From positions 33 to 64,032 of the forward strand of contig NVRK02000108.1 of the NCBI GenBank assembly GCA_002400845.2: a stretch of DNA of 64,000 bases, written 5' to 3'. Made by a program: the position numbers and the translations under genes. The notes under the pieces are model-generated. The model did not search any database and was not told the origin of the DNA. It was given only the letters and a program-made list of their open reading frames with translations. How positions within the stretch are numbered: position 1 is the first letter of the stretch; each line of letters opens with the position of its first letter. Below, piece by piece: positions 8,101-15,822 of this stretch. The stretch is from Hyphomicrobiales bacterium. Lineage in GTDB: Bacteria; Pseudomonadota; Alphaproteobacteria; Rhizobiales; Rhizobiaceae.

Positions 8101-9156
8101 TTCCCCATTAATACTTGGAACAGGAATTTGCTCTAATACTTCTCGTACAATTCTAATACGGTCATCTAAATTTTGTTCAGCGATTGTATCATTTTTTTCT
8201 CCGCGCATTTCTGCAACACGGTCCAAATTAATCTGACGCCCATCAACCTGAAATCTAAAATATACGGCTTCTTTAAGGTTAGCGCTACCATTGCCAGTCA
8301 GTACAAATGGGTCAGATCTATCCCCTATTTCTGTTCTAAAACTGGTTATCAATATTGCGGCAGGCGTTAATTCAAAATCACCTTCTGTTTTAACGGGCAA
8401 CGCTTTTTTGTTAGAAGTAAACAAACTAGAATCAGATTTATCTGTTTTTAAGATAGGCGAGAATTTGAACTTGCCTTTCCAAGAAAGCAGTTCATTCTCA
8501 ATACCCACAGGCCCGTCTAAAAATATTTTATAAGGCTGATCGGCTCGCTGAACAGAAAGTTTCAAGCGAATATTACCAGTATCTTGTAGACGTCCTGTAG
8601 AAACCCCAAAAGCAGTATCAATGCCTTCAATGTTTCCACGTGCCTCAAACGCCCATGGCCCATATAAAGACTTCGCGTTCATTTCACCATTTATGGCATC
8701 CCCATGAAAATTCCGCCCACCAGCCAAACCAGTTATGTTGATCTTAGCATCACGAATTTTCACCTTATTAAGCGTAACTTGTTTTGGGTTCACCAAAGTT
8801 ATTTTTCGGTTGGTCCACTCAATAGAACCATTTTCATTCACTTGTAAATTAAGAATGGGGCTATCAAGGGTCATATCAACAACCCTCACTTCACCACTTA
8901 AAAACGGAATTAATTCTAATTTTGCCGAGAATTGTTTAATAGATAATAATGGCGTTCCATCGGTATTTTCGCCAACTTGCAAATCGCCAAAACTAACACT
9001 AGGCAAAGGCAATATAATAAGATTAGCCCCACCACCAACTTTTACTGGTTGTCCAAAAATCAGAGAAGCCTGCTCCTCAAACTTTTGTTTATGAGCAGTC
9101 CAGTCAATAAAGTATGGCGCTATCAATGCTGTAAACAATGCAGTTACAACCAACAA
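5128..9156 (-). CDS. AsmA family envelope protein with a C-terminal Glu/Arg/Lys-rich coiled-coil repeat region
   Basis: 1342 aa. N-terminal TM helix plus APYFIDW...FEEQASLIFGQPVKVGG...LLPLPSVSFGDLQV, typical of AsmA N-termini. Long beta-rich body. C-terminus has RLEKLRIEAERLE-type repeats. Start codon is ambiguous (TTG 9156, or in-frame CTG 9183 / ATT 9186). Confidence 0.8.
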   Translation of the reverse strand: MLVVTALFTALIAPYFIDWTAHKQKFEEQASLIFGQPVKVGGGANLIILPLPSVSFGDLQVGENTDGTPLLSIKQFSAKLELIPFLSGEVRVVDMTLDSPILNLQVNENGSIEWTNRKITLVNPKQVTLNKVKIRDAKINITGLAGGRNFHGDAINGEMNAKSLYGPWAFEARGNIEGIDTAFGVSTGRLQDTGNIRLKLSVQRADQPYKIFLDGPVGIENELLSWKGKFKFSPILKTDKSDSSLFTSNKKALPVKTEGDFELTPAAILITSFRTEIGDRSDPFVLTGNGSANLKEAVYFRFQVDGRQINLDRVAEMRGEKNDTIAEQNLDDRIRIVREVLEQIPVPSINGEIDFEVPAIVAGDSIVREVSAIISPKGNGWEIKKLRAKLPGSSTLEAEGRLGLGEDFGFSGHLVLASKQPSGFASWVVGKVDPAIRRLTSGGLEADVSISQGQTSFENMTLLLGDNKLTGKMQRIGVSGSNVETGDKKRAAIIATLTGQKIRLDDLKAILALTGNDASTNFSEHDLDISLKADQLDAYDIKAKGVDVQFQLTSGELSIGKLNVESFFGAKITSLGQITNILSRPKGNIKFGLITDNAVPLISFLERKLGANAVLSALIKNPNYTKNTKLDIEIDASPSKDGSRGRVLVNGEIGGSSVDIQLGFDAKINEINNAKFDLTVNLANDDPKILLAQTSLLEPKYDLIAAQLREGITGPLKLTVESVGSFDAGLSTLFSASTPDASVTANGLFSVIGLAGETKKTNDKLAVFKELDVTFGFEDVTPYLLVYGYDIYNSILEESEKVPFSASVHFEHGKNDEGKERIKLSKIAGSIAGNSIAGALDISTGVSGRPMVEGALVLDVLSIPKVASFAFGNNGVIGDLDLNEVSKKGWSQAGFGTPLFEGKDAKLTIEAAKITTGTRLSAKNGRVLLVVRDGDIELQNIITESMGGTISGNLSLQNSDGTGVIKAQFLADGIDSAILLSNFSAPNFLNGKLRINGTIESNGKSPKALISAMTGGGIATLESGKLNGINVEGLSMVLEASAIKDFEIDAAHVDPIAVTAFLNGEQLVEQETAAYSVSRGMIQIRNLLREGKGWETALSGKISLLDAEVSANVKLSIDAGKDRVSGASPEVMIAWSGPLDKLERRVDSQALQGFLSVRALEAEERRVELLQAAILEKNRLRFEILKTNTRFNYIERARERAEELERQRIEKMRLEAERLEKLRIEAERLDVERLETERKEVKRIEKERIEKERLESERLEKLRIEAERLEKAAKENKLEAVRLEKLKLEKVRLKKAAAEENARKAAEEKILVLPQLTVPRELDLDAFNKRASDASKLQKLAN
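5348..5508. repeat. Intragenic duplication: 41-nt segment (1 mismatch) repeated exactly 120 nt apart in the AsmA-like gene
   Basis: tcaaggcgctcagcttcaatacgtagcttttcaag is identical at 5348-5382 and 5468-5502. Similarity continues to 5388/5508. Encodes LEKLRIEAERL twice. Confidence 0.9.
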
Positions 9157-9302
9157 CCCAATGGCTACGAATAAACGAAACAGAATATCACCCCTTATTC
9201 AAACGCAACGTTCGACAAGAACGCTGCCCACATCGTGCAAATTTTTGCACTCTTTATTGAGTGTGCAAATTGAACATTTACTCATTGTATTTCTTTTGCC
9301 TT

Positions 9303-10733
9303 TTAAACACTAAAATCGATCACTTTCCCTGGATTCATAATATTATCAGGATCAAGTGCCAATTTTATGGCAGACATAACTTTCACACCAGTACCATGTT
9401 CCGCTAACATAAATTTACGCTTTCCCTGACCAATGCCATGCTCACCAGTACAAGTACCATCCATAGCAAGGGCTCGCTTAGCCATGCGATCTACTACTTC
9501 TTCCATCTTCTTAAATTCCTCTGGATTTTTGCCATCAAAACAAATCAAAGTATGAAAATTGCCATCCCCAACATGCCCAATAATTGGCCCATAAAGACCA
9601 TTATCAGAAATATCTTTTTGTGTTTCAACCACGCACTCAGCCAATCGAGAAATTGGCACACAAACATCGGTCGTCAAAGCATCCTTACCAGCGGTATAAG
9701 AACGCATCGCCCAATAGCTGTCATGGCGTGCTTGCCATAATTTGTTTCTATCTTCCAAAGAAGAAACAGCATTAAAATCTTGACCACCACATTCCATAGC
9801 AATGTCTTTAAACATTTCTACTTGCTCTGCTACACCACTTTCACTGCCATGAAACTCCAACATCAACAAAGGCGTTTCTGGATAGTTAAGTTTAGAATAA
9901 ATATTGATGGCTTTAATGTTTTCTTCGTCAACCAATTCGATACGCGCCATTGGAATTGCGCATTGTGTCGCCATTATAGTTGCTTCACATGCAGCTTCAA
10001 TTGTTGGGAACGAACAAACGGCAGCGATAACCGCTTCTGGCTGGCCATGAAGCTTTAAAGTTAATTCTGTAATAATACCCAAAGTACCTTCAGACCCCAC
10101 CATAAGTCTTGTTAAATCATATCCAGCAGAAGTCTTTTTAGCGCGATGCGCAGTCTTAACGATATCGCCGTCAGCCATAACCACAGTAACATTAATTACG
10201 TTTTCGCGCATGGTGCCATAGCGCACTGCATTCGTGCCAGAAGCACGCGTGGCCGCCATTCCCCCTAATGAGGCATCAGCGCCAGGATCAATTGGGAAAA
10301 ACAAACCTGTATCTCGCAAATAGCTGTTCAACTCAGAACGTGTTACCCCTGCTTGCACATGCACATCTAAATCTTCTGCATTTACAGCTAAAATTTCTTT
10401 CATTCGGCTAAGGTCTACCGAAACACCGCCAAGGGGTGCATTAACACCGCCCTCAAGTGAGGTACCCGTACCAAATGGAATAATTGGCACTTTATATTCA
10501 GCGCATACTTTTACGATATCTTGCACTTCTTGCGTCGAAGTTACAAATACCACAGCATCAGGCAATTGTGGTGTTATATATGTGGTCGTGTGTGCGTGCT
10601 GTTCGCGCAATGACTTTGACGTTTGAAGGTTATCGCCAAATTGCTGTTTCAAAATATCAATTGCGGTTTTAATGCCCGCATCATTACGCTCTACAGTCTT
10701 AATTGTATTATTCTCATTAACCGCAATGGTCAT
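9303..10733 (-). CDS. FAD-linked oxidase, GlcD / D-lactate dehydrogenase (cytochrome) family
   Basis: 476 aa. FAD_binding_4-type segment PDAVVFVTSTQEVQDIVKVCAEYKVPIIPFGTGTSLEGG; C-terminal GTCTGEHGIGQGKRKF...DPDNIMNPGK. Confidence 0.88.
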   Translation of the reverse strand: MTIAVNENNTIKTVERNDAGIKTAIDILKQQFGDNLQTSKSLREQHAHTTTYITPQLPDAVVFVTSTQEVQDIVKVCAEYKVPIIPFGTGTSLEGGVNAPLGGVSVDLSRMKEILAVNAEDLDVHVQAGVTRSELNSYLRDTGLFFPIDPGADASLGGMAATRASGTNAVRYGTMRENVINVTVVMADGDIVKTAHRAKKTSAGYDLTRLMVGSEGTLGIITELTLKLHGQPEAVIAAVCSFPTIEAACEATIMATQCAIPMARIELVDEENIKAINIYSKLNYPETPLLMLEFHGSESGVAEQVEMFKDIAMECGGQDFNAVSSLEDRNKLWQARHDSYWAMRSYTAGKDALTTDVCVPISRLAECVVETQKDISDNGLYGPIIGHVGDGNFHTLICFDGKNPEEFKKMEEVVDRMAKRALAMDGTCTGEHGIGQGKRKFMLAEHGTGVKVMSAIKLALDPDNIMNPGKVIDFSV

Positions 10734-10922
10734 TTCTTTATCCTAATTTGTGATTTAAAATACCCTGATAAGCGCCATTAATATTCAAAGTAACACCACA
10801 TTGCCCCAATTTAACAAACACGTCCATAAAAACCTGTCGATCACCAATCACGAATGTTAAAAACCCTTTTCTTTCCCACAACTTATGCTTACTAATTGTA
10901 TAAAATCATAGGGCTGTTCAGC

Positions 10923-10963
10923 CGACTTTATAGCGGACTTTATATCGGACTTTATATCGGACT
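10923..10963. repeat. 12-bp tandem repeat x3.4 immediately upstream of the ClC start codon
   Basis: cgactttatagc ggactttatatc ggactttatatc ggact; ends 9 nt before ATG 10972. Confidence 0.9.
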
Positions 10964-10971
10964 GTGGATAC

Positions 10972-12609
10972 ATGATAGAAACAATTAAACAACTGCCAGA
11001 AATTTTACGAAATTGGATAAAGCCCAATCTCGAGCTTCATTGGCAAACCAAACAAATTTTAGTTTGGTTCATGGCCTTAAACGCAGGTGTCATGGTTGCC
11101 TTTGGCACAATCATGTTTCGAGAATTTATACTATTCATTCAATATCTTTGGGTTGGCACAAGTTCTGAATCAATTTTAGAAATAATCGCCAATGCACCAT
11201 GGTATTTAGTGTTTGTAGGCCCTGTTTTAGGTGGGTTGTTGGTTGGTATTTGCTTAGAAAAAATAGTCCCTGGCAAACGAACCTTTGGCGTAGCTGATGT
11301 CATAGAAGTAAAAACACATGGCTCTAAACCAATTGCTATTTTGCCTGCGCTGTCTTCTGCATTGGTAACATCAATATCTTTGGGAGCGGGTGCAAGCACT
11401 GGGCGAGAAGGCCCTGTAGTTCATTTAGGCGCTGCCATTTCCAGCTATTTGGGCGCTAAATTTAACCTACCCAATTGGGGTGCAAAAACACTATTGGGTT
11501 GCGGCGTAGCTGCTGCTGTTTCTGCATCCTTCAACGCCCCTATTGCAGGCGTTTTATTTGCACACGAAGTTGTATTAGGCCATTATGCAAAACGCGCAAT
11601 CATACCCATTATTATTGCTTCTGTTTCTTCCACCATTGTCACCAGATTTTGGTTTGGAGATGTCGCGGCCTTCACAATACCTAATTATCAAGTGACTTCT
11701 AACTGGGAATTTCCAGCTTTCGCTTTACTGGGCGTTGTTTGCGCATTTGTTGCAGTTATCTTTCAATTTTCATTAGTTGGAACCGACTATGTAACCCGCA
11801 ATATTAAAATACCATTGTGGCTACGCCCAGCAATTGGTGGTCTCGCTATAGGAACAATTGCTCTTGCCTTCCCCCATGTATTGGGTGTTGGCTACGAGGC
11901 AACAGACATGGCTCTAAAGTCACAATTACCCCTAATGATGTTGCTTGGACTTTTAGTTGCCAAAACTGCCGCAACAGCAATTTCGATGGCCTCACGTTTT
12001 GGCGGAGGCATCTTTTCACCAGCACTTTATTTAGGTGCAATGGCAGGTGGTGCATTTGGCCTAATCGCCGCGCAAGTTTTTCCAGAAATGGCATCGAGCC
12101 AAGGCCTATATGCAATTTTGGGCATGGGCGCCGTTGCCGCCGCTGTGCTTGGTGCACCCATTTCGACAACCATGATCGTATTTGAACTGACAGGCGGATA
12201 TACGCTTTCATTAGCATTATTACTTACAGTTTCAATTGCATATGGCATTAGCAACGCCATACACGGACATTCATTTTTTGAATGGCAATTAGAAATGCGT
12301 GGGCTTTTCGTGCAAGACGGACCGCATAGGTCTTTATTACGGGTAACGACAGTTGAAAACTTTATGTCTCCACTAGATGAAAATGAGAAGAATTTAAGAT
12401 TTGACCCAAATATTGGTTCTATATCTCTCACACCTTCAACGACATTAGAGCGCGCATTGCGTACTTTTGACAATGGAGGCCATGCTAGCCTGCCCGTAGT
12501 GGACGAAAAAGACGAAACAAAAATTATTGGTTGGGCGCATCAAAGCCAAGCATTACGCTTTTTCAACAATGCGCTTATCGAAGCCAGTGAAGAAGAACAT
12601 CAGCACTGA
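10972..12609 (+). CDS. ClC family chloride channel / H+-Cl- antiporter with a C-terminal CBS-like region
   Basis: 545 aa. Selectivity motifs GASTGREGP and GGGIFSPALYLG; multiple TM helices. Confidence 0.92.
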   Translation: MIETIKQLPEILRNWIKPNLELHWQTKQILVWFMALNAGVMVAFGTIMFREFILFIQYLWVGTSSESILEIIANAPWYLVFVGPVLGGLLVGICLEKIVPGKRTFGVADVIEVKTHGSKPIAILPALSSALVTSISLGAGASTGREGPVVHLGAAISSYLGAKFNLPNWGAKTLLGCGVAAAVSASFNAPIAGVLFAHEVVLGHYAKRAIIPIIIASVSSTIVTRFWFGDVAAFTIPNYQVTSNWEFPAFALLGVVCAFVAVIFQFSLVGTDYVTRNIKIPLWLRPAIGGLAIGTIALAFPHVLGVGYEATDMALKSQLPLMMLLGLLVAKTAATAISMASRFGGGIFSPALYLGAMAGGAFGLIAAQVFPEMASSQGLYAILGMGAVAAAVLGAPISTTMIVFELTGGYTLSLALLLTVSIAYGISNAIHGHSFFEWQLEMRGLFVQDGPHRSLLRVTTVENFMSPLDENEKNLRFDPNIGSISLTPSTTLERALRTFDNGGHASLPVVDEKDETKIIGWAHQSQALRFFNNALIEASEEEHQH

Positions 12610-12621
12610 TTTTGCTTCAAA

Positions 12622-13083
12622 CTATGTTTCATTTACATCTAACCATAAAGTGAATTTAGACAATATTGGTAATGCGGTTGATAATTCATCCGACGAAAAC
12701 TGCAGTAATATTTCACTGGTTAGTTGCGATAACGCGACCATTGAATGCCTGTGCGCCCTTGCGCCCTCATGTGTTAAAGAGATCAATTTAGAACGCCCAT
12801 CTTTAGGGTGTTTTTCTAGCTTAATCATTTGCTTTTTATACAGTTGATTCAAAAGGTTAGTTACAGCGCCTTTTGTTATATTTTGCGATTTTGCCAATTC
12901 AAGTGGCGTCAGAAATAGCGCATTATCAAGCAGAGCATTTTTGCGCAAATCATCTAGAATATTAAATTGCGGCATTGTTAAATTAGAAGGTAAAATATTC
13001 TCCGCACGCCGCGTTAGAGCAGCATGAACATCTCCACACCCCTTAAAAAGCTCAAATAACGCATTGGCTGATTGTGTTCGCAT
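12622..13083 (-). CDS. MarR family transcriptional regulator
   Basis: 153 aa. Winged-HTH pattern LTMPQFNILDDL...LTPLELAKSQNITKGAVTNLLNQLYKKQMIKLEKHPKDGRSKLISLTHEG. Confidence 0.85.
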   Translation of the reverse strand: MRTQSANALFELFKGCGDVHAALTRRAENILPSNLTMPQFNILDDLRKNALLDNALFLTPLELAKSQNITKGAVTNLLNQLYKKQMIKLEKHPKDGRSKLISLTHEGARAHRHSMVALSQLTSEILLQFSSDELSTALPILSKFTLWLDVNET

Positions 13084-13333
13084 TTAAACATCCTAGTTTT
13101 AAAGAATTCATCAAATTAAATTGTAAAAACAGTCGAAAAACATAGTTTCACATTAACACAAATGACACTTAGTTCAAGCACATACCATTTATAGTACAGG
13201 CACAAACTATTTTTTGCCTTCTGTGCCGTTAATCATAAATACTGAAACACAATTCAAGCAGCCAAATATTATTGACTTTAACCATAGATAAACGCTTTAT
13301 TAACGAAACATTAACCAAATATGGAATGCGGCG

Positions 13334-13942
13334 TTGAAGTATCGTGTAATCGCCCCAACAGTGTTGGTAGCTCTATTTTCAGCTTTCCCTACCCTACTAG
13401 AGGCGGGAACGAATAATACCATGCGTGTGGGTGGACGAACCTCACAGCCCGTTGGTCATTACGAATATTGCGAGCAAAACAAATCTGACTGTCAAATTTC
13501 TAGTTTTTCTAAAAGGCCAATGCATTTAAGCACCGCTCGCTGGAACGAAATGGTGGAAGCAAACACCTACGCCAATGCCGCCATTAAGCCAGTAACGGAT
13601 TTGCAACTCTACGGAAAAGAAGAGCATTGGCAAATGCCTGTGAATTATGGCGATTGCGAAGATTACGCCATGCTAAAGCGCAAATGGCTAATGGACCAAG
13701 GCTGGTCTGCCTCTTCTTTACTCATCACCGTTGTCAGGCAAAAAAATGGCGAAGGCCATGCAGTGTTAACAGTGCGTACAGACCGTGGTGATTTCATTCT
13801 CGACAATCTAAAAGAAGACATTAAACAGTGGCATAAAACCGAATATACATATTTAAAACGTGTATCTCCTTTCCACTCTGGCTGGTGGGAAGATATTTTA
13901 GACACACGAAACAAAATTGCTTCTGTTAGCAGCTTAAAATAA
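13334..13942 (+). CDS. Transglutaminase-like cysteine peptidase (BTLCP, LapG-like family), secreted
   Basis: 202 aa, TTG start, signal-like N-terminus. Cys-His-Asp pattern YGDCEDYAMLKRKWL ... GHAVLTVRTDRGDFILDN. Confidence 0.8.
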   Translation: MKYRVIAPTVLVALFSAFPTLLEAGTNNTMRVGGRTSQPVGHYEYCEQNKSDCQISSFSKRPMHLSTARWNEMVEANTYANAAIKPVTDLQLYGKEEHWQMPVNYGDCEDYAMLKRKWLMDQGWSASSLLITVVRQKNGEGHAVLTVRTDRGDFILDNLKEDIKQWHKTEYTYLKRVSPFHSGWWEDILDTRNKIASVSSLK

Positions 13943-14031
13943 AGCTTCACTAAAAAGCCACAATAGTTAGTGTAATTAACGCGCTAAAAGTATACACAAG
14001 CGCAATCCATTCAAATGAAACAGTTAGATAT

Positions 14032-14496
14032 ATGACAAAGACAGACACAAGTGGCCTATCGCAATTAGGTACAAATGTAGACCTACCTCAAAGTCCAGAA
14101 GACGCTATTTTAGAACGTGTTCCAAATTCGCAAGACGATACAGACTATACTGTTCGTTTTACCGCTCCAGAGTTCACGTCTTTATGCCCAATGACAGGCC
14201 AACCAGACTTTGCGCATTTGGTCATTGATTATTTGCCAAACAAATGGCTGGTGGAATCTAAATCTTTAAAACTATATTTAGGCTCGTTCAGAAATCATGG
14301 TGCATTCCATGAAGATTGCACAATAGGCATTGGCAAAAAGCTGGTAGAGTTTCTTGGCCCAAAATGGCTTCGAATTGGTGGCTATTGGTATCCACGCGGC
14401 GGCATTCCAATTGATGTGTTTTGGCAAACAGCTTTACCGCCTAAACATCTATGGATTCCAGACCAAGGCGTACCAACTTATCGTGGACGCGGATAA
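14032..14496 (+). CDS. queF: NADPH-dependent 7-cyano-7-deazaguanine reductase (unimodular QueF)
   Basis: 154 aa. [13 protein letters not shown] (catalytic Cys), QueF motif [20 protein letters not shown]. Confidence 0.93.
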   Translation: MTKTDTSGLSQLGTNVDLPQSPEDAILERVPNSQDDTDYTVRFTAPEFTSLCPMTGQPDFAHLVIDYLPNKWLVESKSLKLYLGSFRNHGAFHEDCTIGIGKKLVEFLGPKWLRIGGYWYPRGGIPIDVFWQTALPPKHLWIPDQGVPTYRGRG

Positions 14497-14558
14497 CGAT
14501 TTAACAAAAGCAACAACTTGCACGTTTCGCTTTACTAAACTACACTTCGCCATTTACG

Positions 14559-15266
14559 GTGAATATTATGCCTTACCCAGGACAGCCAAAAGATACACCC
14601 ATTCCAGCTAAACTAGATCGCTGGAATTGGGGGGCTTTTCTGTTAAATTGGATATGGGGACTTGGAAACAGCACCTATATCGCACTTCTAATGTTTGTGC
14701 CCTTCGTCAACTTCATTTTAATTTTTATACTTGGAGCCAAAGGCAGCAAGTGGGCTTGGAAAAATCGAATTTGGGAAGATGAAGCCCACTTCATTCGCAC
14801 TCAGCGCAATTGGGCAAAAGCTGGTATATTTTTTATATTTGCAATAATCGCTCTAACATTCGCTTTAATATTTGGCATCTTTAGTCTTATGAAAAGCAGC
14901 GATGCTTATAAAATGACAATGGCTGAAATTCGTAAGAACACCGAAGTAATTGAAATGCTTGGTGAACCAATTGAAGCTGGATGGTTCGTAACTGGACAAC
15001 TAAAAATTGGTCAAAACGGTAAAGGGTCTGCCAACTATAGCATCCCAATTTCTGGGCCAAAAGGTAACGGAAAAGCAATTAGCGTTGTCGTAAAAACAAA
15101 CAACGTATGGCAAATAAAAAACCTAACAGTACAATTTGAAAACTCAAATAAAATAATAAAGATTATTGGAAAGAAAGAAACCGCGCATCTTAAAAAAGAC
15201 AACGCGCCATTACTCGTAGCGGACCTAAATTATAGTAGAGAGTTTATAAGTAGAAAATATCCGTAA
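14559..15266 (+). CDS. Membrane protein, DUF2628-like N-terminal TM region fused to a Coa1-like (cytochrome oxidase assembly factor 1) domain
   Basis: 235 aa (GTG 14559, or ATG 14568). RWNWGAFLLNWIWGLGN...ILGAKGSKWAWKN resembles DUF2628. After a third TM helix, MKSSDAYKMTMAEIRKNTEVIEMLGEPIEAGWFVTGQL...NGKGSANYSIPISGPKG resembles the Coa1 family. Family calls are from memory. Confidence 0.6.
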   Translation: MNIMPYPGQPKDTPIPAKLDRWNWGAFLLNWIWGLGNSTYIALLMFVPFVNFILIFILGAKGSKWAWKNRIWEDEAHFIRTQRNWAKAGIFFIFAIIALTFALIFGIFSLMKSSDAYKMTMAEIRKNTEVIEMLGEPIEAGWFVTGQLKIGQNGKGSANYSIPISGPKGNGKAISVVVKTNNVWQIKNLTVQFENSNKIIKIIGKKETAHLKKDNAPLLVADLNYSREFISRKYP

Positions 15267-15281
15267 ATTGTACGACACTCA

Positions 15282-15563
15282 TCATTCAGGAAAATCTTGG
15301 CCCTCGCCGCATAAACCACATTCTAAAAAGCGTCTCATGCGCTTTAGACGATTTTGCCTATCAAATATATTTTCAATTGTTTGCGTTTTACCAACAACAA
15401 TTGAATCGATTTGATCTTTTATTTCAATTTTGTTTGTAAGACTCATAAAATTTTCCGGTAGGTTGTCACTATTATTAAGTTGCGCGAATGACGTTCCAGT
15501 CATACCAGTCACACAAACCACCACGATCATATTTTTTATTATAGCCCTAGATAAGCGCTGCAT
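15282..15563 (-). CDS. Small secreted hypothetical protein with a C-terminal CxxC
   Basis: ORF 15282-15575. ATG at 15563 is preceded by GGAGAG. Signal peptide MQRLSRAIIKNMIVVVCVTGMTGTSFA; C-terminus ECGLCGEGQDFPE. No family recognised. Confidence 0.5.
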   Translation of the reverse strand: MQRLSRAIIKNMIVVVCVTGMTGTSFAQLNNSDNLPENFMSLTNKIEIKDQIDSIVVGKTQTIENIFDRQNRLKRMRRFLECGLCGEGQDFPE

Positions 15564-15822
15564 TTTACTCTCCACATAGACAATTAAATATAAAAATGAA
15601 TAAAATCACTTTAGTATTGCCCCCACATTGGCATTTTGCGTCACTAGTGGTTAAAAACCTGTTAATTCGCGCATTAAATTGATCTATCATCAGCTAGAAA
15701 ATGACATGCAAATTATAAGCTAAACAACAAAATAACAGACTTTATTTATAGCGGACTAAAATCATTCAATTTTTTCGTCAATAAAATTGGCTTTTTTTGA
15801 CAGAATCATTACATATCATCAA

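Noticed and set aside
10923-10963. Possibility that the short tandem repeats represent a CRISPR array
   Set aside because: The units are 12 bp and directly adjacent with no spacers. There are no cas genes anywhere in the window.
15738-15757. gactttatttatagcggact upstream of uvrD resembles the ClC tandem-repeat unit (gactttatagcggact)
   Set aside because: This is a gapped 16-nt similarity across distant loci. With about 4e9 position pairs in the window, exact 12- to 16-mer matches are expected by chance, so I do not treat it as a shared motif without a genome-wide test.
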